Assembly (NCBI RefSeq): GCF_006345805.1 | Contig: NC_043000.1 | Span: forward strand, 119,102,001 to 119,166,000 | Length of the DNA stretch: 64,000 nucleotides | Direction of reading: 5' to 3' | Source: Octopus sinensis | Lineage: Eukaryota | In this document: positions 24,820 through 38,020 of the stretch, piece after piece | How positions within the stretch are numbered: position 1 is the first letter of the stretch | Layout of the letters: every line of letters starts with the position of its first letter | Notes under the pieces: model-generated | The model's input: the letters and a program-made list of their open reading frames with translations, nothing else | The model's database searches: none | Told to the model about the DNA's origin: nothing | Position numbers and translations under genes: made by a program

Positions 24820-25389
24820 TCTGTGCTTTCCCCACTCTCGCCTCCCCCACCTCCCCACAACATCACACCACCACACTACACTACACCATACCACGTTACA
24901 CATCACATCACAACACACCACCCACACACCCATCCCCGCCTCTTTACACCTACACATACATACACACATCACATCACAACACAACACCCACACACCCATC
25001 CCCACATCTGCACACCCACACATACATACACACATACGTCCAGACCACCAGCCCTCTTTCACACGCACATACATACTCTCTTATACACACACGCACCCTT
25101 TTGTTGGGGGCTCATTCGTATTGGAAGTCACTTGACCCTGTTATCTCCCCTACTGTCTCTCTCGCGTCTGACCATTCTGTCCGAAGTCAGACGCCATGAT
25201 AGATCGTTAGCTACTACACGCATTCTTTTCTCTCCTTGTTTCTCTCCTTGTTTTTTCTGTGTATCTTTCTGTGGAAGAGCCTAGGCTCGAAACGTAAAAG
25301 ACTTTTTCTATTCCTGAGCGCTATACTAATACATTTGCTTGTTTGTACACCACCTACCTTCGTCTTTTGTTTTTTTTCGTAAACTTTCC

Positions 25390-25395
<6 letters not shown>
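24820..25395 (+). mobile_element. Solo 3' terminal segment of a Penelope-like (Neptune-type) element
   Basis: Similar to the reverse complement of 38640-39200 (CA-rich tract, terminal repeat) and ends at (TA)n. Confidence 0.6.
25264..25301 (+). ncRNA. Minimal type I hammerhead-like motif, A6U core (family B)
   Basis: TCTTT CTGTGGA A GAGC-CTAG-GCTC GAAAC GTA AAAGA. Confidence 0.55.
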
Positions 25396-25427
<32 letters not shown>

Positions 25428-25625
25428 TATATATGTATATATATTTTAAATATTTTAATTAACTGTATCTCATTTTTTAAACAAGAATATATTTCTTAAG
25501 ATATTTCGTATTTTACAAGATTATTTACGTATATTTATTAATCTATCAAATTAATTGTTTTATTATTGTTGTTATCTTTAATCTGAAGAGTGGCAATATT
25601 TGTATTCAGGGGATTTTACTACTAT

Positions 25626-25657
<32 letters not shown>

Positions 25658-25809
25658 TTTTTACTATTATCATTTCTTAAATATAGCACGAAACACGTGT
25701 CGTTATTCTACCAAATATATACGTTTTATTTATTATTTTGCACATTACTTAATCATCATTATATGTTTTATATTATATTTAATCTTTCTATAATAAGTCA
25801 TTTTTCTAA

Positions 25810-26150
25810 ATGTTTTTCACGTACCACCGGCACGAGTGCCAGTAAGACGAAGCTGGTAACGATCACGCTCGAATGGTGCTTTTTACGTGCCACAGGCACG
25901 TGGGCCAGTCAGCAGCCCTGGCAATGATCATGCTCGGGGTGGGGTGCTCTTAGCGCTCCACTAGTACGGGCGCCAGATTTCGAAATTCACTTGCCTCAAC
26001 AGGTCTTCGCAAGCAGAGTTTAGTGCCCAATGAAGGAAAGGTACGCCTGAGTGGGCTGGTTACACCACTGGTATCGGCTACGGGTTATGGTCTCACTTGG
26101 CTTGCAGGGTCTTCTCAAGCACAGCATATTTCCAAAGGTCTCAGTCACAT
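25810..26150 (-). mobile_element. RTE LINE 3' UTR fragment
   Basis: Homologous to the reverse complement of 44430-44720. Confidence 0.75.
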
Positions 26151-26510
26151 TGCAGAATCTCATTGTTAGAGTTAAGAAACACTATTGATCCTTTATTCTC
26201 AAACACCAAGTAAAATCCATCAATAGGATTTCAAATTGTACAAAATTTTCAAACATCTCAGCTCATTAATTTGTATAAAATGAGTCTGAACGAATAAAAT
26301 TATTAGCAACCCCGTGTAAAAAAAAAACAAGAAAAACAACAACCAATCCTGGTTCTTTTAATGTTTTTACTTTTTCAGTAAGTTCAATGATAAGTGAAAG
26401 TATCTTTCAATATGATTTCAATAGAAGATGCCGTGTCATGATCAAAGATTTTACAATTAACTTCAAGGAGAGACTAACAATATGCACAATACAGTGGTTG
26501 TGGCGATGTC

Positions 26511-26554
<44 letters not shown>

Positions 26555-26783
26555 AAATAATAGCAATAGGTGTTGTTTTTGCTGTTGCTTGTTAGCACCA
26601 GGTCAACCTTGATTATGATCTCAAAAGTATTATGACCTTAGACATGCCATTTGATTTATATATATATATATATGTGTGTGTGTATGTGTGTGTGTGTGTG
26701 TGTGTGCATGTGTGTGTGTGTGTGTGTGTGAATGTCTACCTATCTACTCAATAAATGAAAAATGCATTAAATACTACAAAACA

Positions 26784-26887
26784 TACATGTAGGACAGACA
26801 CAGAAGGACCTCAATTCTTCAGCGATGGACCTTAATTCTTCATCACTGATGATAAATTAGGGTCCTTCCGCGTCCGTCCCACATGTA
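26784..26887. mobile_element. Small MITE-like hairpin (33-bp imperfect inverted arms)
   Basis: TACATGTAGGACAGACACAGAAGGACCTCAATT / AATTAGGGTCCTTCCGCGTCCGTCCCACATGTA. Confidence 0.5.
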
Positions 26888-27487
26888 CGCCTCGCAATAC
26901 TTAATGCATTTTTCATTTACTGAATAACAGAACGCCAGGCATCACAACTTTTGTTAACAGTAAAGTTTCCATAGATTTTTTGCGACTATCTTCTTTCTTT
27001 CTTTCTCTCACATCCCCTTATTCGTTTTCTAGCATCCCTACTTCCTCTCTCCCTCTCTCTCTCTCTCATCCTCCTTCCCCTCTATCTACTGCTCACATGT
27101 GACCCTTGACTAGTTCTCTCATCCCTACCTTTTCACCACCAGACGCTTCACTGGCTGGTCAACATTTTCTCCTCTCTTACTATTTCTCTTTTTATATCAA
27201 TTTGAGGATTTCTTCTAGGCATTACCCATCACTCTCGTGTTTAGCCAAAAGGTTTTATTCATTCTATCTTCGTCTATCATTTCAAATTACTTTTGTTTTC
27301 TTTCTTATGTACTCCATCTATTGTCTTGTTTGCTCGAGCTTTAACTCTTCGCAATTTTTGCGAGAGCCGCCAATATAAGAAGTTCTCAGTTTTTTCATTA
27401 AAGGCACAAAACTGAGTATTAGTACCTTTCGATGATAACTCACGAAGAATTAAGGTCATTCTGTGTCTGTGCTAGGTGAACATTTTC

Positions 27488-28589
27488 TTCATCATCATCG
27501 TTTAACGTCCGTGTTCCATGCTAGCATGGGTTGGACGGTTCGACCGGGGTCTGGGAAGCTAGGAGGAAGCCAGATGGTCTTCCTAACGCCAACCCCTCAT
27601 TGACTGTAGTGGGTGCTTTTTACGTTCCACTGGCACAGGGGCCAGGAGAGGCTGGAAACTGACACGATAGGTTGGTGCCTTTTACGTGCCACCGGCACGG
27701 AAGTCAGTCAAGGCGGCGCTGGCATTGGCCACGTTCGAATGGTGCTTTTTACGTGCCACTGGCACGGGTATATCAACTACAATTCCCATTTGATTTTAAT
27801 TTTGATGTTGATGTACTTGACTCAATAGGTCTCCTCAAGCACAGCAGGCCGTCCTACGATCCAAGGTACTTTGGATGGGCTGGGGCTGGTTATGTGACGC
27901 TGGTGAAGCTGGTGCAGGAACAGCCATGAACTCACGTTATTTGTCGGGTCTTCGCAGTCACAGCATATCTCCAGAGGTCTCGGTCGTTCGTCATTGCGTC
28001 TGTGAGACCCAACGTTCGAAGGTCATGCTTGACCACCTCATCCCATTTCTTTCTTGGTCTACCTCTACCCCGGATTCCTTCATCTGTTTGGGAAGTGGCA
28101 CTTCTTCACACATCTCTCCTCATCAATCTGTAGTACATGACCATACCAACACAAACGTCTCTCTTGCACACCACATCCAATGCTTCTTATGTCCAACATT
28201 TCTCTCAGGGCGCTTACACCACTCTGTCGTGCGTCCACACTGACATTACACATCCATCGGATCATGCTAGCTTCATTTCTTTCGAGCCTACGCATGTCCT
28301 CCGTAGTCACAGCCCATGTTTCACTGCCGTGAATCATGGCAGTTCGCACACATGCGTCATACAATCTACCTTTCACTCTGAGCGAGAGGCCCTTTATCAC
28401 CAGTAGGCGTAGAAGCTTTCTAAACTTTCCCCGCGCCATTCTTATTCTAGTGGTGACACTCTCTGAGCATCCAGCTCCACTACTAACATGGTCAGCTAGG
28501 TAGCGGAAGCTATCAACTACTTCTAGTTTCTCCCCCTGGAGTGTGATGGAATCTGTTTTCTGAGTTTCTGTGGTGTCTATTGCCCCTGT

Positions 28590-28590
<1 letters not shown>
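27488..28590 (-). mobile_element. RTE LINE 3' fragment
   Basis: [45 protein letters not shown], with a (GAT)n tail. Confidence 0.9.
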
Positions 28591-28805
<215 letters not shown>

Positions 28806-28814
28806 GTTTAAGAG

Positions 28815-29170
28815 ACAAGAGAATATGGTGGATAGGGGGATCCCAGTCAAGTTCTTGCAACGTTGTACGGGTAGCAATAAGGCACATGTAGTTGGGCATT
28901 GTCTTGTTGGAACACCATATCTTTCCTGTTGGCAATTTCCGATCTCATTTGGCGGGGTTCAAATTTGCCAGATAACGACAGTACACATCAGAACTATTGG
29001 CCTAGTTTTATGGGAGAAACTCATAATAGAAAATGCTTTATGATCCCACTAAACACAATGCATATTCTTTGGCATAAATATTCGTCTTTAGTTGCTGTTT
29101 TGGGGGATCCTTAGGAAAACAACAGGATTTTTTCGGACTACGTTGTCGTACACAATCTTAGCTTCCAAGC
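28815..29170 (-). mobile_element. mariner (DD34D-type) transposase relic
   Basis: YDNVVRKKS.. and [20 protein letters not shown], with frameshifts. Confidence 0.7.
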
Positions 29171-29273
29171 TAAACTCTCCATGCATATTTATATATATAT
29201 ATATATATGATACATATAATCACACATATATACATAGGGTCACGCACATACATACATACACACACACATATAA

Positions 29274-29352
<79 letters not shown>

Positions 29353-29556
29353 AAGTAGTAAATATATGACACAACTAAGTACCGTTATTTACTGGAAATA
29401 GCGAACGTAATAATACGACGCTAATGTATAGCTTCACCGCGTATGTATCAGCAAAAATGCGTGCGTGCAACAAACTAGAAAAGATTGTCTTACCTCCAGG
29501 GAGAACATCTGAAAGATGAAATACCTGGAAGGCGATACTCTAGTATTGCATTACTA

Positions 29557-29609
<53 letters not shown>

Positions 29610-29864
29610 ACGACCTCGAACTCACGAGTGTAAACAAGAGAGACAGAGAAAGGCAGAAACAAGGGAAATGCCACATATATTTGAACACTATTTTTTTTTT
29701 TTAAAACTTTGCTTTTAATTTTTCTAAATTAAATAATTTAATTTTTACAGTTGAAAAGGTCTTAAATGACCGAAACTGAAATGTTCTTTATAAAATTATG
29801 TTAGCATTTTCTATCTTGACTTGTTTTTTCATATATATCAACTCGTGTGTTCCCTTTCATCCTT

Positions 29865-29909
<45 letters not shown>

Positions 29910-29913
<4 letters not shown>

Positions 29914-30125
29914 GGAGTAAACACATAAATGTGAAACAAGGTGGAAAAAAGACTACTCAAATACCAGTGGTAGAGTAATATGCTTTATTTAAAGCAGCAG
30001 AGAATTCAACAAAACCTGTTACTTTGAGTTGTATGTATGTATGAATGTATATATGTATATGAACGGCAACGGGAAACTCAGAGTAACAGGTTTTGTTGAA
30101 TTTTCTGCTGCTTTAAATAAAGTAT
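29910..30125. mobile_element. Family A terminal segment with fold-back (48-bp arms 29983-30030 / 30075-30122); partial hammerhead-like motif 30061-30090 (+)
   Basis: ..GA ACG-GCAA-CGG GAAA CTC-A-GAG TA ACAGG. The arms are reverse complements. Confidence 0.65.
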
Positions 30126-30447
30126 ATATATATAAGGATCAGATCGTTAATTTAAATTAAATAACAATCTTATCAAGTGGCCAACATGGAAATAAAAAAA
30201 CTTCAAAAGTAATAATTATTATTAAAATTATAACTTAGGGGATCTACGAGATACCGCCATGCTGAAAATAGCAGCCAGCATCTGACTCTAAGACCACATT
30301 AAGTGTTCATATAGCACAAGGAGAGAAGACAAAAAGACAAAATAAAACTAGTAAAACATTACTGGATAATTCCAGATCCCGGATTTCTGACTTTGCATTT
30401 AGAAATGCTTCGCCTCATCAGTGGAATACACGCAGAGAGAAACATAA

Positions 30448-30488
<41 letters not shown>

Positions 30489-31029
30489 ACATGCGTATAC
30501 TTACATATACAAACGTATACACACATATATATGCACGTATGCAACATGACCAGTTTAAAATGCCCGCTTACTTAACGATCTTCTCCTTATTTACGATCTT
30601 ATACATATTTATATAAATTTAAATTTATTTCGTCATTAAGTTTGTGGAAGTGTTTATACTTGCCTGTGTGTAATGTCACATTAATATCGAAGAAATTGAG
30701 TCCTTTAAGCTTGCTACTAACTGTGATATTTAAAATGAGTTGAGAAAATAGCTTGCATAAATTTTTCCTATCCAGAACGTGACCATTCTTATTTTGAACT
30801 ACACATTGACCCTTCCCTATATAACCTTATGTAAGCATCATTTATTTCCTTAAGTATATCTAAGGTTTATAAGGCAGGCAAGGCCAGTACCTCTGCTCCA
30901 TCGTGGATACCTATAGAAACTTTAAAGAGTACATCGACATTTTTTCACCCAACAAGAAAACAGGAATGATTTTCTTGAATTTATTTAATCTTAACGTCGG
31001 TATCGTTATCAATTGTGTAAGCAGAATGA

Positions 31030-31077
<48 letters not shown>

Positions 31078-31080
31078 ATA

Positions 31081-31174
31081 ATAATTAAGGGTTTAGCAAC
31101 GAGTTGCTTAACTACATACCGAAAAATTGTTTTCAGTATGTGGTTAAGCAACTCGTTGCTAAACCCTTAATTAT
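31081..31174. repeat. Near-perfect hairpin, about 45-bp arms
   Basis: TAATTAAGGGTTTAGCAACGAGTTGCTTAAC...GAAAA / TTTTC...GTTAAGCAACTCGTTGCTAAACCCTTAATTA. Confidence 0.9.
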
Positions 31175-31453
31175 TGTTATAATTATATATAAAACTTCTT
31201 GTATAAGTTTTTACCGAATATGGTTCTTTTCCATACTGAAACTACTTGGTGAAATTTATTAATTATAAATTAATAATTTTTTACCCTATATCTATAATAT
31301 ATATATATATAGAGAGAGAGATCAATAAATGGTGGGGTTGTGTTGACCGCACGTGGAGAAATGATAAGTAAGGAAAATTTTTTTAAAAATGCAGAATGCT
31401 CAAATGAAAGAAAATTTTAATAAAATGAGAAAATGATAAAATATATAAATGTA

Positions 31454-31540
<87 letters not shown>

Positions 31541-31587
31541 ATAATATCGATATTATCAAGAGGCCAGCATGGGAATAAATACCATAC

Positions 31588-31904
31588 AAAGGTAATAATT
31601 TTTACAACTATAAATAAGGGTATCTGAGAGACACCACCATGCCGAAATAGCAGTCAAAACCCTGACTCTAACAACCACTTTAAATGTTCATATCGCACCA
31701 TGAGATAAGACAGAAAGACAAAATAAACTAGCAAAAGATTTTACTGGATAATTCTTTTTGCTAGTTTATTTCGTCTCTCTGTCTTATCTCATGGTGCGAT
31801 ATGAACATTTAAGGTGGTTGTTAGAGTCAGGGTTTTGACTGCTATTTCGGCATGGTGGTGTCTCTCAGATACCCCTATTTATAGTTGTAAAAATTATTAC
31901 CTTT
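31588..31904. repeat. Near-perfect about 317-bp palindrome (about 150-bp arms, about 14-nt spacer); single-arm relative at about 30130-30372
   Basis: AAAGGTAATAATTTTTACAAC...CTAGCAAAAGA / TCTTTTTGCTAG...GTTGTAAAAATTATTACCTTT. Confidence 0.92.
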
Positions 31905-31909
31905 ATATA

Positions 31910-31945
<36 letters not shown>

Positions 31946-31963
31946 TGTATGTATGTATGTATG

Positions 31964-32078
<115 letters not shown>

Positions 32079-32093
32079 TTTCTTTTCTGTGTA

Positions 32094-32131
32094 TCTTTCT
32101 GTTGAAGAGCGTAGGCTCGAAACGTAAAAGA
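32094..32131 (+). ncRNA. Family B hammerhead-like motif (A6U)
   Basis: TCTTT CTGTTGA A GAGC-GTAG-GCTC GAAAC GTA AAAGA, in a solo terminal segment (about 32075-32230) flanked by (TA)n. Confidence 0.55.
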
Positions 32132-32353
32132 CTTGTTTTATTTATATTCCTGAGCGCCATACTAATACAATTGTTTGTTTATATTCCACCTGCCTTCGTC
32201 TTTTGTTTATTTTCATAAAGTTTCCCGTTATATATATGGCCTGCTCACTTAGCCAGCGGGGTGGCATCATTTGAAGGTTAAAACAATGCGAAGCGTATTG
32301 TGACCAGCGATGTGTAGCAACATCTGATAGCCTGGTCGGTCACGGTGATCACG

Positions 32354-32438
<85 letters not shown>

Positions 32439-32459
32439 ATATGTATGTATATGTATATG

Positions 32460-32514
<55 letters not shown>

Positions 32515-32515
<1 letters not shown>

Positions 32516-32695
32516 TTTATTCAAAAGCAGCAGAAATATAACAGAAGCTGTTACTCGGAGTTTCACGTTCCCGTTCGGACATGCGTAAAAGCTTTTGTAA
32601 TATTTCTGCTGCTTTTAAATAAAGCATATTACTCTACCTCTGGTATTTGAGCACTCTTTTTCCCATCTTGTTTCACATTTATGTGCTTACTCCGG
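32515..32695. mobile_element. Family A terminal segment with fold-back (34-bp arms) and a core-deleted hammerhead-like motif 32548-32580 (-)
   Basis: GT CCGA--- ACG-GGAA-CGT GAAA CTC-C-GAG TA ACAG. Confidence 0.6.
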
Positions 32696-33029
32696 TATAT
32701 ATATATATATAAATAATTTCTCAATAAATTTTTTTCTCTAAACTGTTTTTAACATATTATTATCAGAGAATGTATATAAGTATTGCAACTTTTTGTGCTC
32801 AATATTTTAATGAACTTTTTTGTATTTTCCCAAGATTTTTCTCTGTAAACTGTTTTTAACATGTTCTTCTTATTATCAAAGAATGTATATATATATATTG
32901 TAATATTTTATGACAACCAGTACCTAACACAACAAAGCTATTACATGTTACTTTTGACAATCTTTTTCTAAAAAAGTGAAAACGGTCAAGTAAATAGACA
33001 TCTTTTAAAATTGTGTTTTCAAACCTTCT

Positions 33030-33082
<53 letters not shown>

Positions 33083-33085
<3 letters not shown>

Positions 33086-33386
33086 GACGCAATGGCTCAG
33101 TGGTTAGAGCAGCGGACTCACGGTCGTAGGATTGTGGTTTCGATTCCCAGACTGGGCGTTGTGAGTGTTTATTGAGCGAAAACACCTAAAGCTCCACGAG
33201 CCTCCGGCAGAGAGTGGTGGAGATCCCTGCTGTAGTCTTTCGCCACAACTTTCTCTCTCTTTTTTCTGTTGGCCTGCTCGCTTAGCCAGTGGGGTGGCAT
33301 CATTTGAAGGCTAAAACAATACGAAGTGCATTGTGACCAGTGATGTGTAGCAACATCTGATATCCTGGTCGGTCACGGTGATCACG

Positions 33387-33390
<4 letters not shown>
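33083..33390 (+). mobile_element. tRNA-derived SINE with (CACGGTGAT)2 tail; 3' part repeated at 32238-32357
   Basis: A box TGGCTCAGTGG, B box GTTTCGATTCC. Confidence 0.8.
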
Positions 33391-33452
<62 letters not shown>

Positions 33453-33512
33453 GTATATATATAAGTAGTTATGTGTGTGTGAGAGAGAGAGAGAGAGTGT
33501 GTGTGTGTGTGT

Positions 33513-33572
<60 letters not shown>

Positions 33573-34278
33573 CAGGAAGAGAGAGAAAGAGTTGTGGGAG
33601 GGGTGAAACGAAACTGGTATGGAAAACTTACAGTCAGAATTAAGAGATTCTCGATATCAATACAATGTTCGCTAGCGCTCATCGGTTGCTGCATGCTTAA
33701 TAATACGAGTGAAAACTACTCAAGGGAAATAATAATGAAATAAGTACGTATGTGAGTTACCTCCCTTAAACTTCGTATATCCGTCTTTCACTGTATTCCA
33801 GTTGCCAATGTTAGCAGTCGTAGAGTCTTGTAAGTCTAACGTCATCAATTTCTAAGTAAGAAGGATTATAAATATACTTGAAGGCTTCATAATTTCGATG
33901 GTTCGAATGAAACCAATTAACCAATTCTGGCAGTCTAGATCCACAAATAATTAAAGTATCAGTATGATTAAATAAATCACTCTTCGTCGATATCGTGTGT
34001 GTGTGTTTCTTTCTCCCTCTCTTTCTCTTCTTCTCCCCCTTCCTCTACTCTCTCTCTCTTTCTTACTCCCTCCCTCTCTCTCTCTCTCTCTCACTATATA
34101 TATATATATATATGGAGTGGCTGTGTGGTAAGTAGCTTGTTTACCAACCACATGGTTCTGGGTTCATTCCCACTGCATGACACCTTGGGCAAGTGTCTTC
34201 TACTATAGCCTCGGGCCGACCAAAGCCTTGTGAGTGGATTTGGTAGATGAAAACTGAAAGAAGCCTGTCGTATATATG

Positions 34279-34334
<56 letters not shown>

Positions 34335-35099
34335 TGTTTGTTCCCCCAACATCGCCTGACAACCGATGTTGGTGTGTTTACGTTCCCGTAACTTAGCGGT
34401 TCGGCAAAAGAGACCGATAGAATAAGTACTAGGCTTACCAAGAATAAGTTCTGAGGTCGATTTGCTCAACTAAAGGCGGTGCTCCAGCATGGCTACAGTC
34501 AAATGACTGAAACGAGTAAAAGAGTATATATACATAAGATATAGATAGATATGCATACACGAGATAGAGATCCGTAAGTGTGTGTATATGTAAATACATG
34601 TATTGAGTCAGCCTATAAATAATTGTTTTTTTTTTTCATTTGCATGAGCTAAAAGCCTTGTAGTACTCGAACCCATGTTATACATGGTGCAGTTCACATT
34701 CTGATGAGCCTTATAGCACCATGTCGAATACAAAAAACCGCCGACGGCTCCTACACGCCAAGATTTTGGTACCAATTCCACCACGACTGTGCATATCAAT
34801 GTATTTCTTAAAATTTATGAAAAGGAGAGGTGCCAATACACAGCCCTTTCTAATCGCAACACCTCCGTTCAAAAGTATCTACTTAGCACCATTAATTTGA
34901 GTATAAACATCTGAACACTTGTATAGAAACTTTATGGCAAAGAGACTTATTATCTCTCTCTTTTTAATATTAGCAATTATCACTCACTATTGCCATTGCT
35001 TTGCTGTTTATTTTGCCAGTGGTTGAAACCAGCTGATATACACAAGTCAACCAGAGAATGCCTTCTCTATTTAAATCTTCTTTCTCTCCAGCGGCCTTA

Positions 35100-36400
35100 C
35101 AACATCTGACCACTTTAATCGCCTCTACTATTTCAGTTTCTGTGAGGTTACTCGTCACCTTTGGATATATTCTCAAGTGATGGAAGCAGCATGTTGAATC
35201 GGATGCTAGGATTGCAGGAGTTGGCACAGTAATGCACCAACTCCAGCATTCGTTCCTCAGAATAGCTGAGGTTGGCAAAAAAAACCCCAAAGAACTCGCT
35301 GTCACCAATTCGGTTTTCCTGCTTATCGTTACCTATGAATATTGGCTAATAGCTGAAAGGAAATTGTCGCAAGTACAAGCGGTTCGAGGTAGTCAATTCT
35401 ACCGTTGGCGGCACAGTTCCTCGCAACTGTGTCTCTTCCTTTGCCAGTGGCACAACTCCTACCGGCAAGGTTCCAGGATATTCCGGTGCTATGTCACCGA
35501 CTGCCGGCAATGTCCCGGTTCTCTTCATCTTCCTCTTTTTCCTCTCAACTGAGGGATAGTGCGACTCCTCCGTCACCGGGAGATTCACCTCCCCTCCCTC
35601 ATCCCCAGGATCCTTCGGTGAGCACCCATTGTTGCTCACCTTCTTCCTCTTGCGGCCCTTCCCTGAGGAGTCCTCCGTCTCCTTAGCCGCCTTCGTTTCC
35701 TCTTTTACAGAGGTATCAATTGACTGCTCCAGGACTCCGCCTTACTCCCGAAGACAGTTCTTCTTTATATGGCCAGGCTTCAGGCACCGATGACACCTGG
35801 GTGGGGGTGGGGCGACCATCAAGAATCACCGGGTACCTGCACCCGGCCATTTTCAATAAATCTGGCATAACCAGATTCGTGGCTGATTGGGTCTACAGGG
35901 TCAAAACAGCTTTTGACCCAACCAAATCAGCCGCAGGAAGAATTTTCCCATTGAGGAGCCTGGCTCCGCTGCCACCCAGACCCCGACGAATATTATTCTC
36001 TATCCATTGGGGTTCAATTACGGGTTGCAAACCACAGACCCAGTCCCTCGTCAATTTTTTCTTACAATAAGTGGAAAGAAACAAAATTTCTTTACTCTGA
36101 ACGGGCTGGCTCGCAAAACTGCGAGTCTCCTCTGGGGTGTCAAACAGCAACCACGCCGCTGCAGACAGACAGACAGATGGAAGGACGGATGGATGGATTG
36201 ATGGATGGATGGATGAATGGATGGATGGATGGATGGATGGATGGATGGATGGATGGATGGGTGGATAAACAAAAATGAACAAGAATCCAAGGGAGAGGAA
36301 GTTCCTCATGAGACGCCGCACGAAGTTCCTCATGAGACGCCGCATGAGACGTCGCTTCAACCAATAAAAATTAAAACACACACACACTGATCCAATACCA
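35100..36400 (-). mobile_element. Tx1/L1-like LINE ORF1 relic
   Basis: The minus strand encodes a CCHC knuckle PRCHRCLKPGHIKKNC (about 35745-35800) followed by MSNNGCSPKDPG... Confidence 0.55.
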
Positions 36401-36419
36401 CCTTCCCACTTTACCAACT

Positions 36420-37580
36420 AAAATGTCAAAAGTAGTGAAAGGTCCCGCCTAAAAGTATCACTGATGAAGATTGAAAAAAGCCTGCAACAATGATATGTTA
36501 AAGAGAGAGCATACAAAGAAGCCTGGGTTTTAAAAAAATATCAACTCAAACCCAAAGCCTTCTTTCATTATGCCAAAGAAGCAGCCTCATTTCGCTGCAA
36601 AATAGGACCCCTCTTCCAAATGGATGGCTCCCTCACAGATAACCCAACCAGAATCAGTGAGGTACTGAATGACCAGTTCAAAAGTGCCTTTACCACCCTG
36701 TTGGAACACAGACGAGTGAACAAACCAGTGGATTTCTTTGCCGCTTCACCAGCGAGGCAGTTGTGATGGATTATATCATTGGCGAAGAAAACATAATACT
36801 AGCCATAGATGAGATGGAGGCAAACTCAACTGCGGGCCTTGATGGTTTTCCGCAATCCTCCTTAAATCGTGTAAGCTTGCCCTGGTGAAACCACTACAGA
36901 TTCTCTTACAGAGTTTTCTTGCAAATGGCAGGCTGCCAAGCAAATTGAAGGAGGGAATATGCCCAATCCATAAAGGATACAGAGCAAATGCCAATACTAA
37001 TAGGCCTATCTCTCTGACTTCGCACATCAGAAAAGTCATGGAACGGATAGTCAGAGGGAAACTCATTGCATTCCTTGAAGAAAAAGACTAGTTTAGTGAT
37101 ATCCAGCATGGAATTTGACCAGTTTGGAGCTACCTGACTTAGCTCCAACAGCACTATGACTGGGTGTTGAGGAGGTTAATCAGCAACTCAAATGAAGACG
37201 TAATATACCCTGACTTTACAAAAGCTTTTGATAAAGAGTCATGGTATGATATGCCAAAAACTGCGTGATTTTTGCATAGCTGGAAAACTTGGAGAGTGGT
37301 TACATAACTTTCTGAAAGGCAGAAGCAAGGCAGTAGTGGCCAATGGACTCACGTCAAATAAAACACATGTAGTGAGTGGTGTTCCACAGTACACTGTCTT
37401 GGGACCACTGCTTTTCATAGTGGCTCTCTTAGATATGCCCTTAGCAGCCCGGATAGTCTCACAGAAAGTACAAAACCCTTGCGATGTTGCACGTCTGTAA
37501 CAGGAGTTAGACACAATTTACAGATGGGATGAGGACAATAATATGCAGTTTAATGCTGGATGATTACAAGCCCTGAGCTA
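36420..37580 (+). mobile_element. CR1/L2-group LINE RT relic
   Basis: NRPISLTSHIRKVMERIV, DFTKAFDK, VVSGVPQYTVLGPLLF; multiple stops. Confidence 0.85.
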
Positions 37581-37619
37581 CCAGCGACCAAAACTGAAAG
37601 TAAAATTTACAGGGTACAC

Positions 37620-38020
37620 TGACCCAACAATGGTTGCCCACCGAACGACCCTAAAGCTGCTGGAGGGGAGGAAGATTCTCCGGATAAAGCGGAAGTACCA
37701 CATCCTCCCGTAGCAAAGGGGAGAAAAGGAACGGGACATTGCCGGCGGTTGATAGTACACTGCCAGCATGCCCTGAAAGTTTGTCGGTGGGAAGTGTGCC
37801 ACCGACAGAGGAAACTGTGGCCCCCTCCCAGAGCGAAGAGAAATTATTTTGTTATCTTCTTCCATAAGGGAGGGGCAATACAGAGCTTCTTAAGAAAGCT
37901 AGAGGGCCGGAGGGAGGAGCCCATGACCTGGACTGATGACCCGGATTGGCCTCTGCAGGTGACTACGGAGGTCGTATTGGAAGTCGATATGTTCAGGGTG
38001 ATTGACTCCTTCCCGAAGGA
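37620..38020 (+). mobile_element. Second fragment of the 35100-36400 family, opposite orientation
   Basis: NNGCPPNDPKAAGGEEDSP matches NNGCSPKDPGDEGGEVNLP; DNA similarity around GGCACA...GCCGGCAATGTCCCG. Confidence 0.55.

Noticed and set aside
26846-26852. CTGATGA as a hammerhead core
   Set aside because: No stem II or GAAA follows.
33083-33160. tRNA gene
   Set aside because: The A/B boxes continue into a SINE body and tail, with no complete cloverleaf. The same applies to the other SINE heads.
34701-34740. CTGATGAG as a hammerhead or snoRNA motif
   Set aside because: There is no properly placed GAAA, stem III or stem I; only a simple local hairpin.
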